The position numbers and the translations under genes are program-made. Below, piece after piece: positions 47,812 to 60,563 of a DNA stretch of 64,000 nucleotides (positions are counted from its first letter, which is position 1; each line of letters begins with the position of its first letter). Origin of the DNA: Macrostomum hystrix (lineage: Eukaryota > Animalia > Platyhelminthes); contig CATNEN010000038.1 in the NCBI GenBank assembly GCA_950097015.1, positions 33,294,001 to 33,358,000 of the forward strand, given 5' to 3'. The notes beneath the pieces were generated by a model, which had not been told where the DNA came from, searched no databases, and worked only from the letters and a program-made list of their open reading frames with translations.

Positions 47812-49798
47812 CCTCAAATCCCTGTCATTGATCCTCAAATCCCTCTGTCACTAATCCTCAAATCCCTCTGTCACTGATCCTCAAATCCCTCTGTCAGTGA
47901 TCCTCAAATCCCTCTGTCAGTGATCCTCAAATCCCTCTGTCACTGATCCTCAAATCCCTCTGTCACTGATCCTCAAATCCCTCTGTCACTAATCCTCAAA
48001 TCCCTCTGTCAGTGATCCTCAAATCCCTCTGTCACTGATCCTCAAATCCCTCTGTCACTAATCCTCAAATCCCTCTGTCACTAATCCTCAAATCCCTCTG
48101 TCACTAATCCTCAAATCCCTCTGTCACTAATCCTCAAATCCCTCTGTCAGTGATCCTCAAATCCCTCTGTCACTGATCCTCAAATCCCTCTGTCACTAAT
48201 CCTCAAATCCCTCTGTCACTGATCCTCAGATTCAGCTGTCAGTGATCCTCAAATCCCTCTGTCACTGATCCTCAAATCCCTCTGTCACTGATCCTCAAAT
48301 CCCTCTGTCACTGATCCTCAAATTCAGCTGTCACTGATCCTCAAATCCCTCTGTCACTAATCCTCAAATCCCTCTGTCACTAATCCTCAAATCCCTCTGT
48401 CACTAATCCTCAAATCCCTCTGTCAGTGATCCTCAAATCCCTCTGTCACTGATCCTCAAATCCCTCTGTCACTAATCCTCAAATCCCTCTGTCACTGATC
48501 CTCAGATTCAGCTGTCAGTGATCCTCAAATCCCTCTGTCACTGATCCTCAAATCCCTCTGTCACTGATCCTCAAATCCCTCTGTCACTGATCCTCAAATT
48601 CAGCTGTCACTGATCCTCAAATCCCTCTGTCACTGATCCTCAAATCCCTCTGTCACTGATCCTCAAATCCCTCTGTCACTGATCCTCAAATCCCTCTGTC
48701 ACTGATCCTCAAATCCCTCTGTCACTGATCCTCAAATCCCTCTGTCACTGATCCTCAAATCCCTCTGTCACTGATCCTCAAATCCCTCTGTCACTGATCC
48801 TCAAATCCCTCTGTCACTAATCCTCAAATCCATCTGTCAGTGATCCTCAAATCACTCTGTCACTGATCCTCAAATCCCTCTGTCACTGATCCTCAAATCC
48901 CTCTGTCACTGATTCTCAAATCCATCTGTCAGTGATCCTCAAATCCCTCTGTCACTGATCCTCAAATCCCTCTGTCACTGATCCTCAAATTCAGCTGTCA
49001 CTGATCCTCAAATCCCTCTGTCACTGATCCTCAAATCCATCTGTCAGTGATCCTCAAATCCCTCTGTCACTGATCCTCAAATCCCTCTGTCACTGATCCT
49101 CAAATTCAGCTGTCACTGATCCTCAAATTCAGCTGTCACTGATCCTCAAATTCAGCTGTCACTGATCCTCAAATTCATCTGTCACTGATCCTCAAATTCA
49201 GCTGTCACTGATCCTCAAATTCATCTGTCACTGATCCTCAAATCCATCTGTCAGTGATCCTCAAATCCATCTGTCACTGATCCTCAAATCCCTCTGTCAC
49301 TGATCCTCAAATCCCTCTGTCACTGATCCTCAAATTCAGCTGTCACTGATCCTCAAATTCAGCTGTCACTGATCCTCAAATTCATCTGTCACTGATCCTC
49401 AAATTCAGCTGTCACTGATCCTCAAATTCATCTGTCACTGATCCTCAAATCCATCTGTCAGTGATCCTCAAATCCATCTGTCACTTATCCTCAAATCCCT
49501 CTGTCACTGATCCTCAAATCCATCTGTCACTGATCCTCAAATCCCTCTGTCACTGATCCTCAAATCCCTCTGTCACTGATCCTCAAATCCCTCTGTCACT
49601 GATCCTCAAATTCAGCTGTCACTGATCCTCAAATCCCTCTGTCACTGATCCTCAAATCCATCTGTCAGTGATCCTCAAATCCATCTGTCAGTGATCCTCA
49701 AATCCATCTGTCACTTATCCTCAAATCCCTCTGTCACTGATCCTCAAATCCATCTGTCACTGATCCTCAAATCCATCTGTCACCGATCCTCATATCCT
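47812..49798. repeat. 23-bp minisatellite (~86 copies) upstream of the GPCR gene
   Basis: Unit tcctcaaatccctctgtcactga with ordered variants. Confidence 0.95.
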
Positions 49799-50044
49799 CA
49801 GGTTCTAAAATCCTTGATATCCAGATATTTTTAGTCAATTTGCATAAAAGTGTTGTTCTGATGCTCCGTGTGAATTATCTCGACCAATCAGTGCATGAGT
49901 CTGGCAGCGTCAGGTTTCGCGCTGATTGGCTCCCGCACCGAGTATCGTTAATGTTGAGTATATCATTGCCGTCAAAATTCCTCATACAAGTAGGATAAAC
50001 CCTATCGCCTGGATAGATCCCAATTCTCATAAAGCCAGTAACCA

Positions 50045-53000
50045 ATGGGAACCAGTAGCAACCCGATCAACATCACCGGACGGGACTGCGAAAGCGACGA
50101 ATTCAACAGCAACGACTACTGCCTGACCACCGACGAGTACATTGGGGAGATTCTCGCCTACCTGAGGCCCACCCCGTATGAGATTGCGCTACTGTGCCTG
50201 TACTGCCTAGTACTGGCAGCCGGTCTGCTTGGCAACGGCCTAGTGATGGCAGCGGTGCTGCATAAGAGGACAATGCGAACAGCCACGAACATGTTCTTGG
50301 TGAACTTGGCGCTGGCCGACTTCCTTGTCATCCTGCTGTGCCTGGCGCCCACCGTCATAGAGGACGTCATGGAGAGCTGGGTCTTCGGCGACACCGCCTG
50401 CAGGGTGCTTAAGTATCTGCAGGTGAGAAGCCTCTACCCCAGTTCCTTCTACCCCAGTTCCTTCTACCCCAGTTCCTTCTACCCCAGTTCCTTCTACCCC
50501 AGTTCCTTCTACCCCAGTTCCTTATACCCCAGTTCCTTCTACCCCAGTTCCTTCTACCCCAGTTCCTTCTACCCCAGTTCCTTCTACCCCAGTTCCTTCT
50601 ACGCCCAGTACCTTCTACCCCCAGTTCCTTCTACCCCAGTTCCTTCTACCCCAGTTCCTTCTACCCCAGTTCTTTCAACCCTAGTTCCTTCTACCCCAGT
50701 TCCTTCTACCCCAGTTCCTTCAACGCCAGTTCCTTCAAGCCAAGTTCCTTTTACCCCAGTTCCTTCTACCCCATTTCCTTCTACCCCAGTTCTTTTAACC
50801 CCAGTTCCTTCTATCCCACTTCCTTCTACCCCAGTTCTTTTAACCCCAGTTCCTTCTACCCCAGTTCCTTCTACCCCAGTTCCTTCTACCCCAGTTACTT
50901 CTACCCCAGTCCCTTCTACCCCAGTTACTTCTACCCCAGTCCCTTCTACCCCAGTCCCTTCTGCCCCAGTCCCTTCTACCCCAGTTCCTTCTACCCCAGT
51001 TCCTTCAAGCCAAGTTCCTTTTACCCCAGTTCCTTCTACCCCATTTCCTTCTACCCCAGTTCTTTTAACCCCAGTTCCTTCTATCCCACTTCCTTCTACC
51101 CCAGTTCTTTTAACCCCAGTTCCTTCTACCCCAGTTCCTTCTACCCCAGTTCCTTCTACCCCAGTTACTTCTACCCCAGTCCCTTCTACCCCAGTTACTT
51201 CTACCCCAGTCCCTTCTACCCCAGTCCCTTCTGCCCCAGTCCCTTCTACCCCAGTTACTTCTACCCCAGTCCCTTCTACCCCAGTTCCTTCTACCCCAGT
51301 TCCTTCTACCCCAGTCCCTTCTGCCCCAGTCCCTTCTACCCTATCCCCTTCACCTTCATCTATCGTAAAAACTGACCTTACAGACCGCTCAATAAAGCAC
51401 TTTTAAAATAAGCAGCAGGCGGCCCCACTGCATACTAAGGTGTTTGCTTTTAATGGTATTTCTAACAGTGTCCGAGTGGGTCCTACTCATGTATGTGCTA
51501 TTTCAGCATTTATCCGCTTCCTGTGCAAGGGAGAGCTTTTTACTAAATATAAACTATATGGTAAAAAATTAAAACCCTTAGTTGTTTGATTTCGACCTGG
51601 TCTGGGCTTGTCCTGAAAAGTGAGCGAATTCGTGTGTGTCCAAATCATTCTCTCTGCTTTTACCGCTCTTGTCAACTAGCCGTGTTTCGCTACTTTTCTA
51701 ACGAGAAAGCCAGCAATGACTTTGAGCTTGCTGCATCTATTTGTCAGTGCTAAATAATCGGTACAGATTTTGACAGTCTGAGAGATTAGACGGAATATTT
51801 CGATACATTTTGTACCTCTAGCTCACTGAAATATCGCGTTCAGATTAACAATGAACCTGTTTTATTTGCTGCTGCCTTAAGAAGCGATCGCTGAGATCTG
51901 AATTAGTTTTCATGTAGCACTCCTAAAGTGGCTATCCTCTCCTGAAGTGACTATCCTCTCCTGAAGTGACTATTCTCTCCTGAAGTGACTATCCTCTCCT
52001 GAAGTGACTATCCTCTCCTGAAGTGACTATCCTCTCCTGAAGTGACTATCCTCTCCTGAAGTGACTATTCTCTCCTGAAGTGACTATCCTCTCCTGAAGT
52101 GACTATCCTCTCCTGAAGTGACTATCCTCTCCTAAAGTGACTATCCTCTCCTGAAGTGACTATCCTCTCCTGAAGTGATTATTCTCTCCTGAAGTGACTA
52201 TCCTCTCCTGAAGTGACTATCCTCTCCTAAAGTGACTATCCTCTCCTGAAGTGACTATCCTCTCCTGAAGTGACTATCCTCTCCTAAAGTGACTATCCTC
52301 TCCTAAAGGGACTTATCACTCCTGAAGGGACTATCCTCTCCTAAAGTGACAGAACCTCTCCTGAAGTGACTATCCTCTCCTGAAGTGACTATCCTCTCCT
52401 AAAGTGACTATCCTCTCCTAAAGGGACTTATCACTCCTGAAGTGACTATTCTCTCCTGAAGTGACTATTCTCTCCTGAGGTGACGATCTTCTCCTGAAGT
52501 GACTATTCTCTCCTGAAGTGACAAAACCCTCTCCTGAAGTGACTATTCTCTCCTGAAGTGACAAAACCCTCTCCTGAAGTGACAAAACCCTCTCCTGAAG
52601 TGACAAAACCCTCTCCTGAAGTGACAAAACCCGCTCCTGAAGTGACTATTCTCTTCTGAAGTGACTATTCTCTCCTGAAGTGACTATCCCCTCCTGAAGT
52701 GACTATCCTCTCCTGAAGTGACTATCCTCTCCTGAAGTGACTATTCTCTCCTGAAGTGACAAAACCCTCTCCTGAAGTGACTATTCTCTCCTGAAGTGAC
52801 AAAACCCTCTCCTGAAGTGACAAAACCCTCTCCTGAAGTGACAAAACCCTCTCCTGAAGTGACAAAACCCGCTCCTGAAGTGACTATTCTCTTCTGAAGT
52901 GACTATTCTCTCCTGAAGTGACTATCCTCTCCTGAAGTGACTATCCTCTCCTGAAGTGACTATCCTCTCCTGAAGTGACTATTCTCTCCTGAAGTGACAA

Positions 53001-56000
53001 AACCTCTCCTGAAGTGATTATTCTCTCCTGAAGTGATTCTCCTCTCCTGAAGTGACGATCTTCTCCTGAAGTGAAAATCTACTCCTGAAGTGACTATTCT
53101 CTCCAGAAGAGACTACCCAGTAATGAAGTGCACTGTCTTATCCTGAAATAGATCGCACATACTACAGTCGGCACGGATGTCTATGTTATTCTTGTCAGGA
53201 CTCACATATTAGGTAGAGAAAACAAGAAGGAAGCTAGGTAATAAAAGACTTCGTCCTTTAACAATTGACTTGAATGCTAACAATTGACCGCGGAATTTAG
53301 CTAGCGAGGCAAGAATTTTCAACTTCCATTTTCTCATTGTGTTTAGTGTTTAGAGATGGCCGTCTCACTAGTTGTAACCGCAGTCATAACCATAAATATC
53401 AGTGCGGTGCAGTTCCCTCCAGTTACAGTAGGCGCCCACACGCTTATAAACAGGCGTTTATGAAGCGGTTGGCAAACAGTAATAATAGCCCTACTAAATA
53501 TTTGCTCACTTGTACATGGATTTATGAAAGAAACCAATCAACTAAGGTATAGACTAAACTGGGTTACGAGCTAGAAGAAAATGTAACTGAATAAACAAGT
53601 TTAAAAAAATTGACTTACTGAAACAGGATTAGATATTTTCTATGTTATAAACTTTTGTATAGTAGACTAGCAAATTTAAACCCCATTCCGCAAGTCAATG
53701 GCTTGCATTTTGAAAATTCTGAGCTTTAACTACCATCACGTGACCAGTATTAGAGCAAACAGCTGAGATTGTTGTACTGAGATCATGAGGCACACTCGAT
53801 TGGTTGAACAGCTCAGCCACCTCACACCACCACTACCTGACCAATCAGCGCTTTGCTGCACATTCTACCTCACCCCGTCGCCTCCGATAGCCGGTATCGG
53901 TGACCGTGTCCGTGCTGACGCTGACCTTCAACTCCGTGGAGCGACTTCTGGCAATCTGTTTTCCCTTGAAAGTGAAGACCACCCGGAGGCGAATCGGCAG
54001 CCTGATCGTGCTAGCCTGGATAATCGCTCTGGCCTCCAAGCTGCACTATCCGTTCACCATGGAGGCGGCGCCGTTTCCCAAGCTGCCGAACAACACCGTC
54101 CTGCTCACAGCCTGCCGCTCTAACTGGAAGCTGCTCGGCCCGAACGGCACCGTCACAATCAACCTGGAGATCGGCGCCAGCATCGCCGACTCCGTGCTGT
54201 TCTTCGTGCTGCCGTTCGCCTGGATGCTGCTGGCCTACAGCATGGTCTGCCACCGGCTGTGGCACGCCGCTGTGCCCGGGGAGGCTTCGTCGGTCCGGAG
54301 TCGGTTTAGCGGTGATTTGTTAATGAATCGCTTTGTATTTTTTTAATTGCATATCGAATAAACAATGTGCTAATTCACACCTTGACAGATCGGATTAGCA
54401 ACAGTCGCTGCAGCAGCCGCATCTCGGGCTCCGCGACCGCATCTGCCGCAGTTTCACCCTTAGCTCAGTCAGCGGCGACGACTAGGGCTGCCGCGGCCGC
54501 GATGGCGGTGGCCGTGGATGCAACACTGGCCCAGCGAAGGCGGACAGCACTCATGCTGATCTGCATCGTTCTCATCTTCTTTGTCTGCAACCTGCCGGTG
54601 CACATCATGCGAGTGGCGTGAGTATGAACTGCTCACAATTTAACTGGGAGTCTGCCCACAACAGAACTGGGAGTCTACTCACAACACAACTGGGAGTCTA
54701 CTCACAACACAACTGGGAGTCTACTCACAACACAACTGGGAGTCTACTCACAACACAACTGGGAGTCTACTCACAACACAACTGGGAGTCTACTCACAAC
54801 AGAACTGGGAGTCTACTCACAACACAACTGGGAGTCTACTCACAACACAACTGGGAGTCTACTCACAACACAACTGGGAGTCTACTCACAACACAACTGG
54901 GAGTCTACTCACAACACAACTGGTAGTCTACTCACAAGACAACTGGGAGTCTACTCACAACACAACTGGGAGTCTGCTCACAACACAACTGGGAGTCTAC
55001 TCACAACACAACTGGGAGTCTACTCACAACACAACTGGGAGTCTACTCACAACACAACTGGGAGTCTACTCACAACACAACTGGGAGTCTACTCACAACA
55101 CAACTGGGAGTCTACTCACAACACAACTGGGAGTCTACTCATAACACAACTGGGAGTCTACTCACAACACAACTGGGAGTCTACTCACAACACAACTGGG
55201 AGTCTACTCACAACACAACTGGGAGTCTACTCACAACACAACTGGGAGTCTACTCAGAAGAGAACAGTGAATCTGCTCATCCCACACCTTTCGCACTGCA
55301 GCAATATTTACCTGGCTGGCAGGGAATTCTCTAATTCGCAGCACCAGCTGAAAACCGCCATTCAGCACATTGCGGGCACCTCGCATTGGATTTGCTACTT
55401 CAATTCGGCCATTAACCCGATTGTATACAACATCATGAGCGGTGAGCAAGCACCCAGCTCTCGTTGTAACCCTGAGAGGTCCGAAGTTCGATTCTCATCT
55501 AGGGAGCAAGCCCTGGATTTATTATCCAGGGGCTTGAAAGAATCACATATTCGCATAACCCTTGAGACACACGCAGCCGGTCGATCATAAAGGAATGCAA
55601 ATTCTCGAGAAATTAGTCTCGGTGCTCAGCTGGCACAATCCAAATAATTTGGGCTAATTGAAGAAGCACAGAAATTGAAGCATATGCTCACTGACTACTT
55701 TGAAATATTAATCAACACCGCTGCAGCTTTCTAAGGCAACGCCAAAAATCGAAAGTGCCGCGATAGATCATAAAATGAAGAAATGAATGCTAATAACTAG
55801 TCGACCGAAAATAGAACACTTTCAGCTGCGGTCTGTTTGTCAATTTCCGCGCGCTGTTTATCTACCTTCGGGGACTGGCTCAGATGGACAGACACTAAAT
55901 GCTGACAACTCCTCTTCCCCATCCACGGAATCACTGCTTCTTAATTAGCAAACTGCATGTAGTCATGCTACTGTGATGCTGCATGTAGAATAGAAATATA

Positions 56001-56645
56001 CAGAAAAATAGATCTAATAATAAAATAATGATAGACACCGGTTGCAACTCACCTGTTGAACAAAATTTGCTATTAATTAAGGATTAACTACCTCGTAGAC
56101 AAATAAATAGAAAGTAAACCTGTTAGAGAATAAACCTGTTAGACAAGGAACCTGTTCCACAAGATACATGTTAGACAAGGAACCTGTTCCACAAGATACA
56201 TGTTAGACAAGGAACCTGTTCCACAAGATACATGTTAGACAAGGAACCTGTTCCACAAGATACATGTTAGACAAGGAACCTGTTCCACAAGATACATGTT
56301 AGACAAGGAACCTGTTCCACAAGATACATGTTAGACAAGGAACCTGTTCCACAAGATACATGTTAGACAAGGAGCCTGTTGAAGATCACTTTCAGTAGGA
56401 TTTTAAAGTTTCCATACTCCGTAACTCCACCTTCCCCTCCGCCGACTGCAGCAAAATTTCGCGCGGAGTTTATTCGCATCATCCGACGCTGCCTGCCCAG
56501 CTGCTGCCGTTGTCGCCGCGATATCGGCCGGGAGGCGACGAGATCGGCGGCCCTGCTCCGTCGCCGGCCAGCGGTGATGCTGCACTCGGGCGCCAACAGG
56601 GTGCCGATGATGGCTATGAAAACTGGCGCTGGTGGCAGCAGTTAA
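50045..56645 (+). CDS. Orexin/allatotropin-type class A neuropeptide GPCR; exons 50045-50422, 53891-54311, 54389-54617, 55302-55441, 56452-56645
   Basis: N-term DEYIGEILAYLRPTPYE, GN in TM1, MRTATNMFLVNLALADF, YLQ|PVSVTVSVLTLTFNSVERLLAICFPL, RRRTALML..FFVCNLP, YFNSAINPIVYNIMS|AKFRAEF. Confidence 0.9.
50432..51340. repeat. 15-bp minisatellite in GPCR intron 1
   Basis: Unit cttctaccccagttc; produces the spurious PVPST tail of ORF 50045-51406. Confidence 0.95.
51920..53110. repeat. 19-20-bp minisatellite in GPCR intron 1
   Basis: Unit tctcctgaagtgactatcc. Confidence 0.95.
54643..55256. repeat. 23-bp minisatellite filling GPCR intron 3
   Basis: Unit actgggagtctactcacaacaca. Confidence 0.95.
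56137..56380. repeat. 32-bp minisatellite in GPCR intron 4
   Basis: Unit tgttagacaaggaacctgttccacaagataca, ~7.5 copies. Confidence 0.9.
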
Positions 56646-58294
56646 GAGGGCCCGACCGACTGACCGCTGCAGAAACTGCCACTTGCCCGGTCACTTGTGA
56701 CTTGCGACTTGTGAAGAGAGAAGAGAGAATATTGTTAAGAAAAGGATAGAAATAAGGGGAGAAAGGAGAGAAAGAAGGTAAGGAAGGAGAGAAAGTTGAG
56801 AAGAAAGCCGAGAAGAAAAATAGACAGCAGAAAAAAAGGTCAGAAAAGAGAAATGAAAGATAAAATAAACCCAAAATAAAAAATGCACAGAAAAGCACTG
56901 TATTCAGCGAACAAGAAATTAAATTTATCTAAGTAAACGCGCGCAAATTAAATATTTTTTCCGATCTTATATTTGATTTGTTTCACTCCTCCATCGAAGG
57001 CTGCTCAGTGACGAAAAGCGATTAATTTTATAAAGAGGAGATAACATAAGCCAGTCGGGGCGTCAGCTGCAAATGTGGCTAAATACAGTAAGCAACTGGA
57101 TGACAACCAATCGTTAAAAAAGAATATTCCTTTTAATGCCTGGCGCAAGCGAAGGTAGGGTAAGAGGGGCGGCGGGGCAAGCCGATTGCACAATTAGTTT
57201 TAACTTTGTTCTTCAACTATTAGTTGTAGAAAAAAAGAGAAATAAACTATTGTATTTATATTCGTAACACACTACTGATTGATGGCAAAGTAGAACTTGC
57301 GAGATTTTATAGCCGTTTTTTAGTCTATGTGAGAAATAAAAATACGAGTAATATAGTAAAGTGAACACGATTTTAGGAACGCCGCTTCGTTTAAACAAAA
57401 ATCGAAAACTTAATTCTCGAGTGAGCACATTATTCGATCATACTACTGGTGAGGCTGAAAATTGAGACTGGGCTTTAATTCTAACTTTATCTTACCGGGT
57501 TAAACAGGAGAGAAAGATTCGATTTGAAAATGAGACAAAAAGTGAAAGAAATTACAGGCAATAATTATTTGAAGATTAGTGAGAATTATTAAAGAAGGCA
57601 AAAGGCTTGGTTAATAGCAAAATAAACGTGTGCCGATATAATAAATATATGCCCGCAAGCAAATTCTTAATACTAGTAATTTTGCAAAGAAAAAAATTAT
57701 TATTTAATAGCCCTGGAGTTTAGATTGCTACAAGTTAAATTTCGTGAATGAGAATTTTCAATTGCCAATAGTAGTACGAGCGTAAAAAGATGCTCTATTT
57801 AATTTTAATTACTTCGTTTCCTAGGCGATTTTATCATGCATAAAATTATTAACTTCAATTAAGACATAATTGGTTGCCTTTCAATTTCATTTTAGACTCT
57901 AAATCTCTTGTCTATTCCTTATTATTACAAATATCTTTGAAATCATAAATCTGTTTGACCCCAAATTTCTAAGCGTTAAATTTGTTTTTAGCTTTCTTAA
58001 TCTATTGAAATTCTTTTAGTTACCAAATAATTCCCTAAATTCGTTAATCCCTTTAAAGTTAACCGAATCCCAAATCTCTTGAATTCAACACTCCTTTAAG
58101 TTACTAAGCACGTTAATCTTTCGTTAATAGCAAATCCTTTAAAATCCTTAAATCCTACATTCGTAGCCTCTCTAAAAATTTCCCCTCTATAAATCCCAAA
58201 GAACCCTACAAAAAAATCGAATAAACTCTATTATTAGTTCAGCAAGCTAATTAAAGAAATATCTCGCACGAACAAAGACCCTGCTTGAACAGTG

Positions 58295-60563
58295 TCAATA
58301 TTCGTCAGCCTCGCCATTGTCGGCAGCCTCTGGCGCAGCGAAGCCCTCTTCGGTCTGGTAGAGCACGTCCAGGATGCGTCGAATCTGCTCGCTCTCCTCA
58401 GACTCCTGGCAGATGATTTCAACGCTGCGCAGCTTGTTAAAATAGAAGTCGCGCTCCTTCATCAGGCCGTCAATGCTCTGCTGATCTTCCACGTGCTGCT
58501 GGTTCAGATCGTCAACCTAAGCGGAGGGAGCGATGAGCATGGGGAGAGGCTGGTAAAGGAACTGAAAAATCCCAATAGCAGAGTAGATGGTTCTTAGATT
58601 GGTCCTGAGGAGAATTACATTTGTCCAGAGGAGAAGTAGATTGATCCTGAGGGGAATTAGATTGATCCTGAGGGGAGTTGGATTGATCCTGAGGGGAGTT
58701 AGATTGATCCTGAGGGAATTACATTGATCCTGGGGGGGAGTTGGATTGATCCTGAGGGAAATTATACAAAATAAAACAGGTTTTAAGGCCGAGGGAAAGT
58801 ACACTTATGCTGAAGAAAAGTCAAATAATTCAGAGGAAACAAGAAATAGAGTTGATTGCTCCTGAAAAAGTACCGTAATCCTGATGGATAATTTCAACTC
58901 AGCTACCTGAATGCGCAAATCGGCCAGCTCAGCGTCCAGATGCTGCTGATTGGCAGCAGGCGGATGAGCTGCTGGCGGCTGCTGCTGTGCCGGCCTCGCA
59001 GCCGCCTGCTTAGGCGGAGTCTTAGTCGGCTGGCGCATTCCAGCAGCACGGCCGCCGCCGGGGGCCGCAGCTGCCGCCGCAGCCGGCGCCGGACGAGAGG
59101 CGGCGATGTCGCCGCGTGGCGCCACAGGCGCCGCCGGCGCAGCGGCGACAGGGAGCTGGACCGGGCCGCCACCGCCTGGCCGGGCCTTGCCAGAGCCGCT
59201 GATTGGCTCGCCTCCTCTGGCCGCCAGGGCGTCATAAGCGGCGCCAGTGTAATTGGCGTCAAAGAAGCGCTTAAACCATTGCACAAACTCGAAGTTGTCC
59301 TGGAAGCGGGCCTTCACCAGCCTCTCGATTGGCACCTCCTACGTGCGCGCGTTGGGTGGGTGACAGTGGGGTCATTACACAGTTAATCGTATATTACACC
59401 TAGTCTATGCCATAGTCCGGATCATGCTGGACTTACGCCGGAGGAAAAATCCAACATTTTTTGGCACTTACGCCAGACTTGAGCCAACCAAAAAAAGGTC
59501 CCTCTGACTTACGCCACCCAAAAAAAGGTCCTTCACAAATCATGTTAATCGGTGATTAATTAAATTCAGAAGTTGCAACTGTTTAAAAATCTCACAAGTT
59601 GCAAATTCTGAATCAAGTATCAAAGTAAGCATCTTAAAGCTAAAAAAACTTTTGCTATCCTACAATAGATATTCTGATATCTCATTTATACGAACTGCAA
59701 TATTTTAATGAACTTTGTTTTAATGCTGCTCCTAATTAACGCAAACAATATAATTAACGCAAATGTGTTATGTTCTATAGTGATACATTTGATCGTGAAT
59801 GATCTCATTTGTGCTAACATTTACGCCACTTGATTTATGCCATGTACTTACGCCAAGCACTTACGCCAAGGCACATTTTGGCCTATACTTACGCCAAGCA
59901 CTTACGCCAGCCTCCGATCCCAAACCAGATTTACGCCGGAGATCTCCGGCGTAAACGACATGATCCGGACTATGGAGTCTATGGTATATTACACATAGTC
60001 TATGGTATATTACACCCAGTCTATGGTATATTACACTTAGTCTATGGTATATTACACCTAGTCTATAGTATATTACACCCAGTCTAGATTACCCCAAGTC
60101 AATGGCCTATAACAAAGAATATATGACTAATTACCAATTAACTACTGTCACTAGTTACACAACTTGTATAGGTGTTTTCTATACAAGAAATAGGTCCATT
60201 CTCCTTGATCTGTCAGTTTCCATTTATAATAATTATAAATGATACAATATTAAATTCAATAGAGCAGACATTAAAAATTATACATACCTTGTCAACTCCA
60301 TGCTTTTTAAAAAGTGCCTGCAGCACCTTGAAATTGTTAATAAACTCATGCTCTAGCTTAGTATTAAATTTAACTTTCTTGAATGCCAGGGTGCCAGGAA
60401 ATAGCATGTCCATTAGCTGGCAATACACTGCTCCAGATGCTAGCTCTTCAATCTTTCCCAAATTAGAATGCAGGCAGGTGTTAATCCAACTCAAAATGTC
60501 ATGTCGACTCAAATTGTCCGTAGTCTGGGATGTAGAATGAACATTAACTGCTTGCTGGGCCAT
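58295..60563 (-). CDS. MAPRE1: EB1 / RP-EB family microtubule plus-end tracking protein; exons 60563-60288, 59338-58907, 58516-58295
   Basis: CH domain [19 protein letters not shown]...[14 protein letters not shown]...[19 protein letters not shown]; [14 protein letters not shown]; C-terminal DEY. Phase-0 GT-AG introns. Confidence 0.95.
58595..58760. repeat. 21-bp minisatellite in EB1 intron 2
   Basis: Unit gattgatcctgagggg(a/g)gtt. Confidence 0.75.
59410..59975. mobile_element. MITE with 17-bp TIRs, 8-bp TSD and subterminal CTTACGCC motifs
   Basis: TIR CCATAGTCCGGATCATG...CATGATCCGGACTATGG; TSD AGTCTATG at 59402-59409 and 59976-59983. Confidence 0.88.
59976..60086. repeat. 21-bp minisatellite in EB1 intron 1
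   Basis: Unit agtctatggtatattacac(ct/at/cc/tt); one more unit lies left of the MITE at 59389-59409. Confidence 0.8.

Noticed and set aside
50423-51406. Mucin-like PVPST extension of the GPCR ORF
   Set aside because: A canonical donor at 50423 and in-frame TM3 continuation at 53891 show this is intronic repeat.
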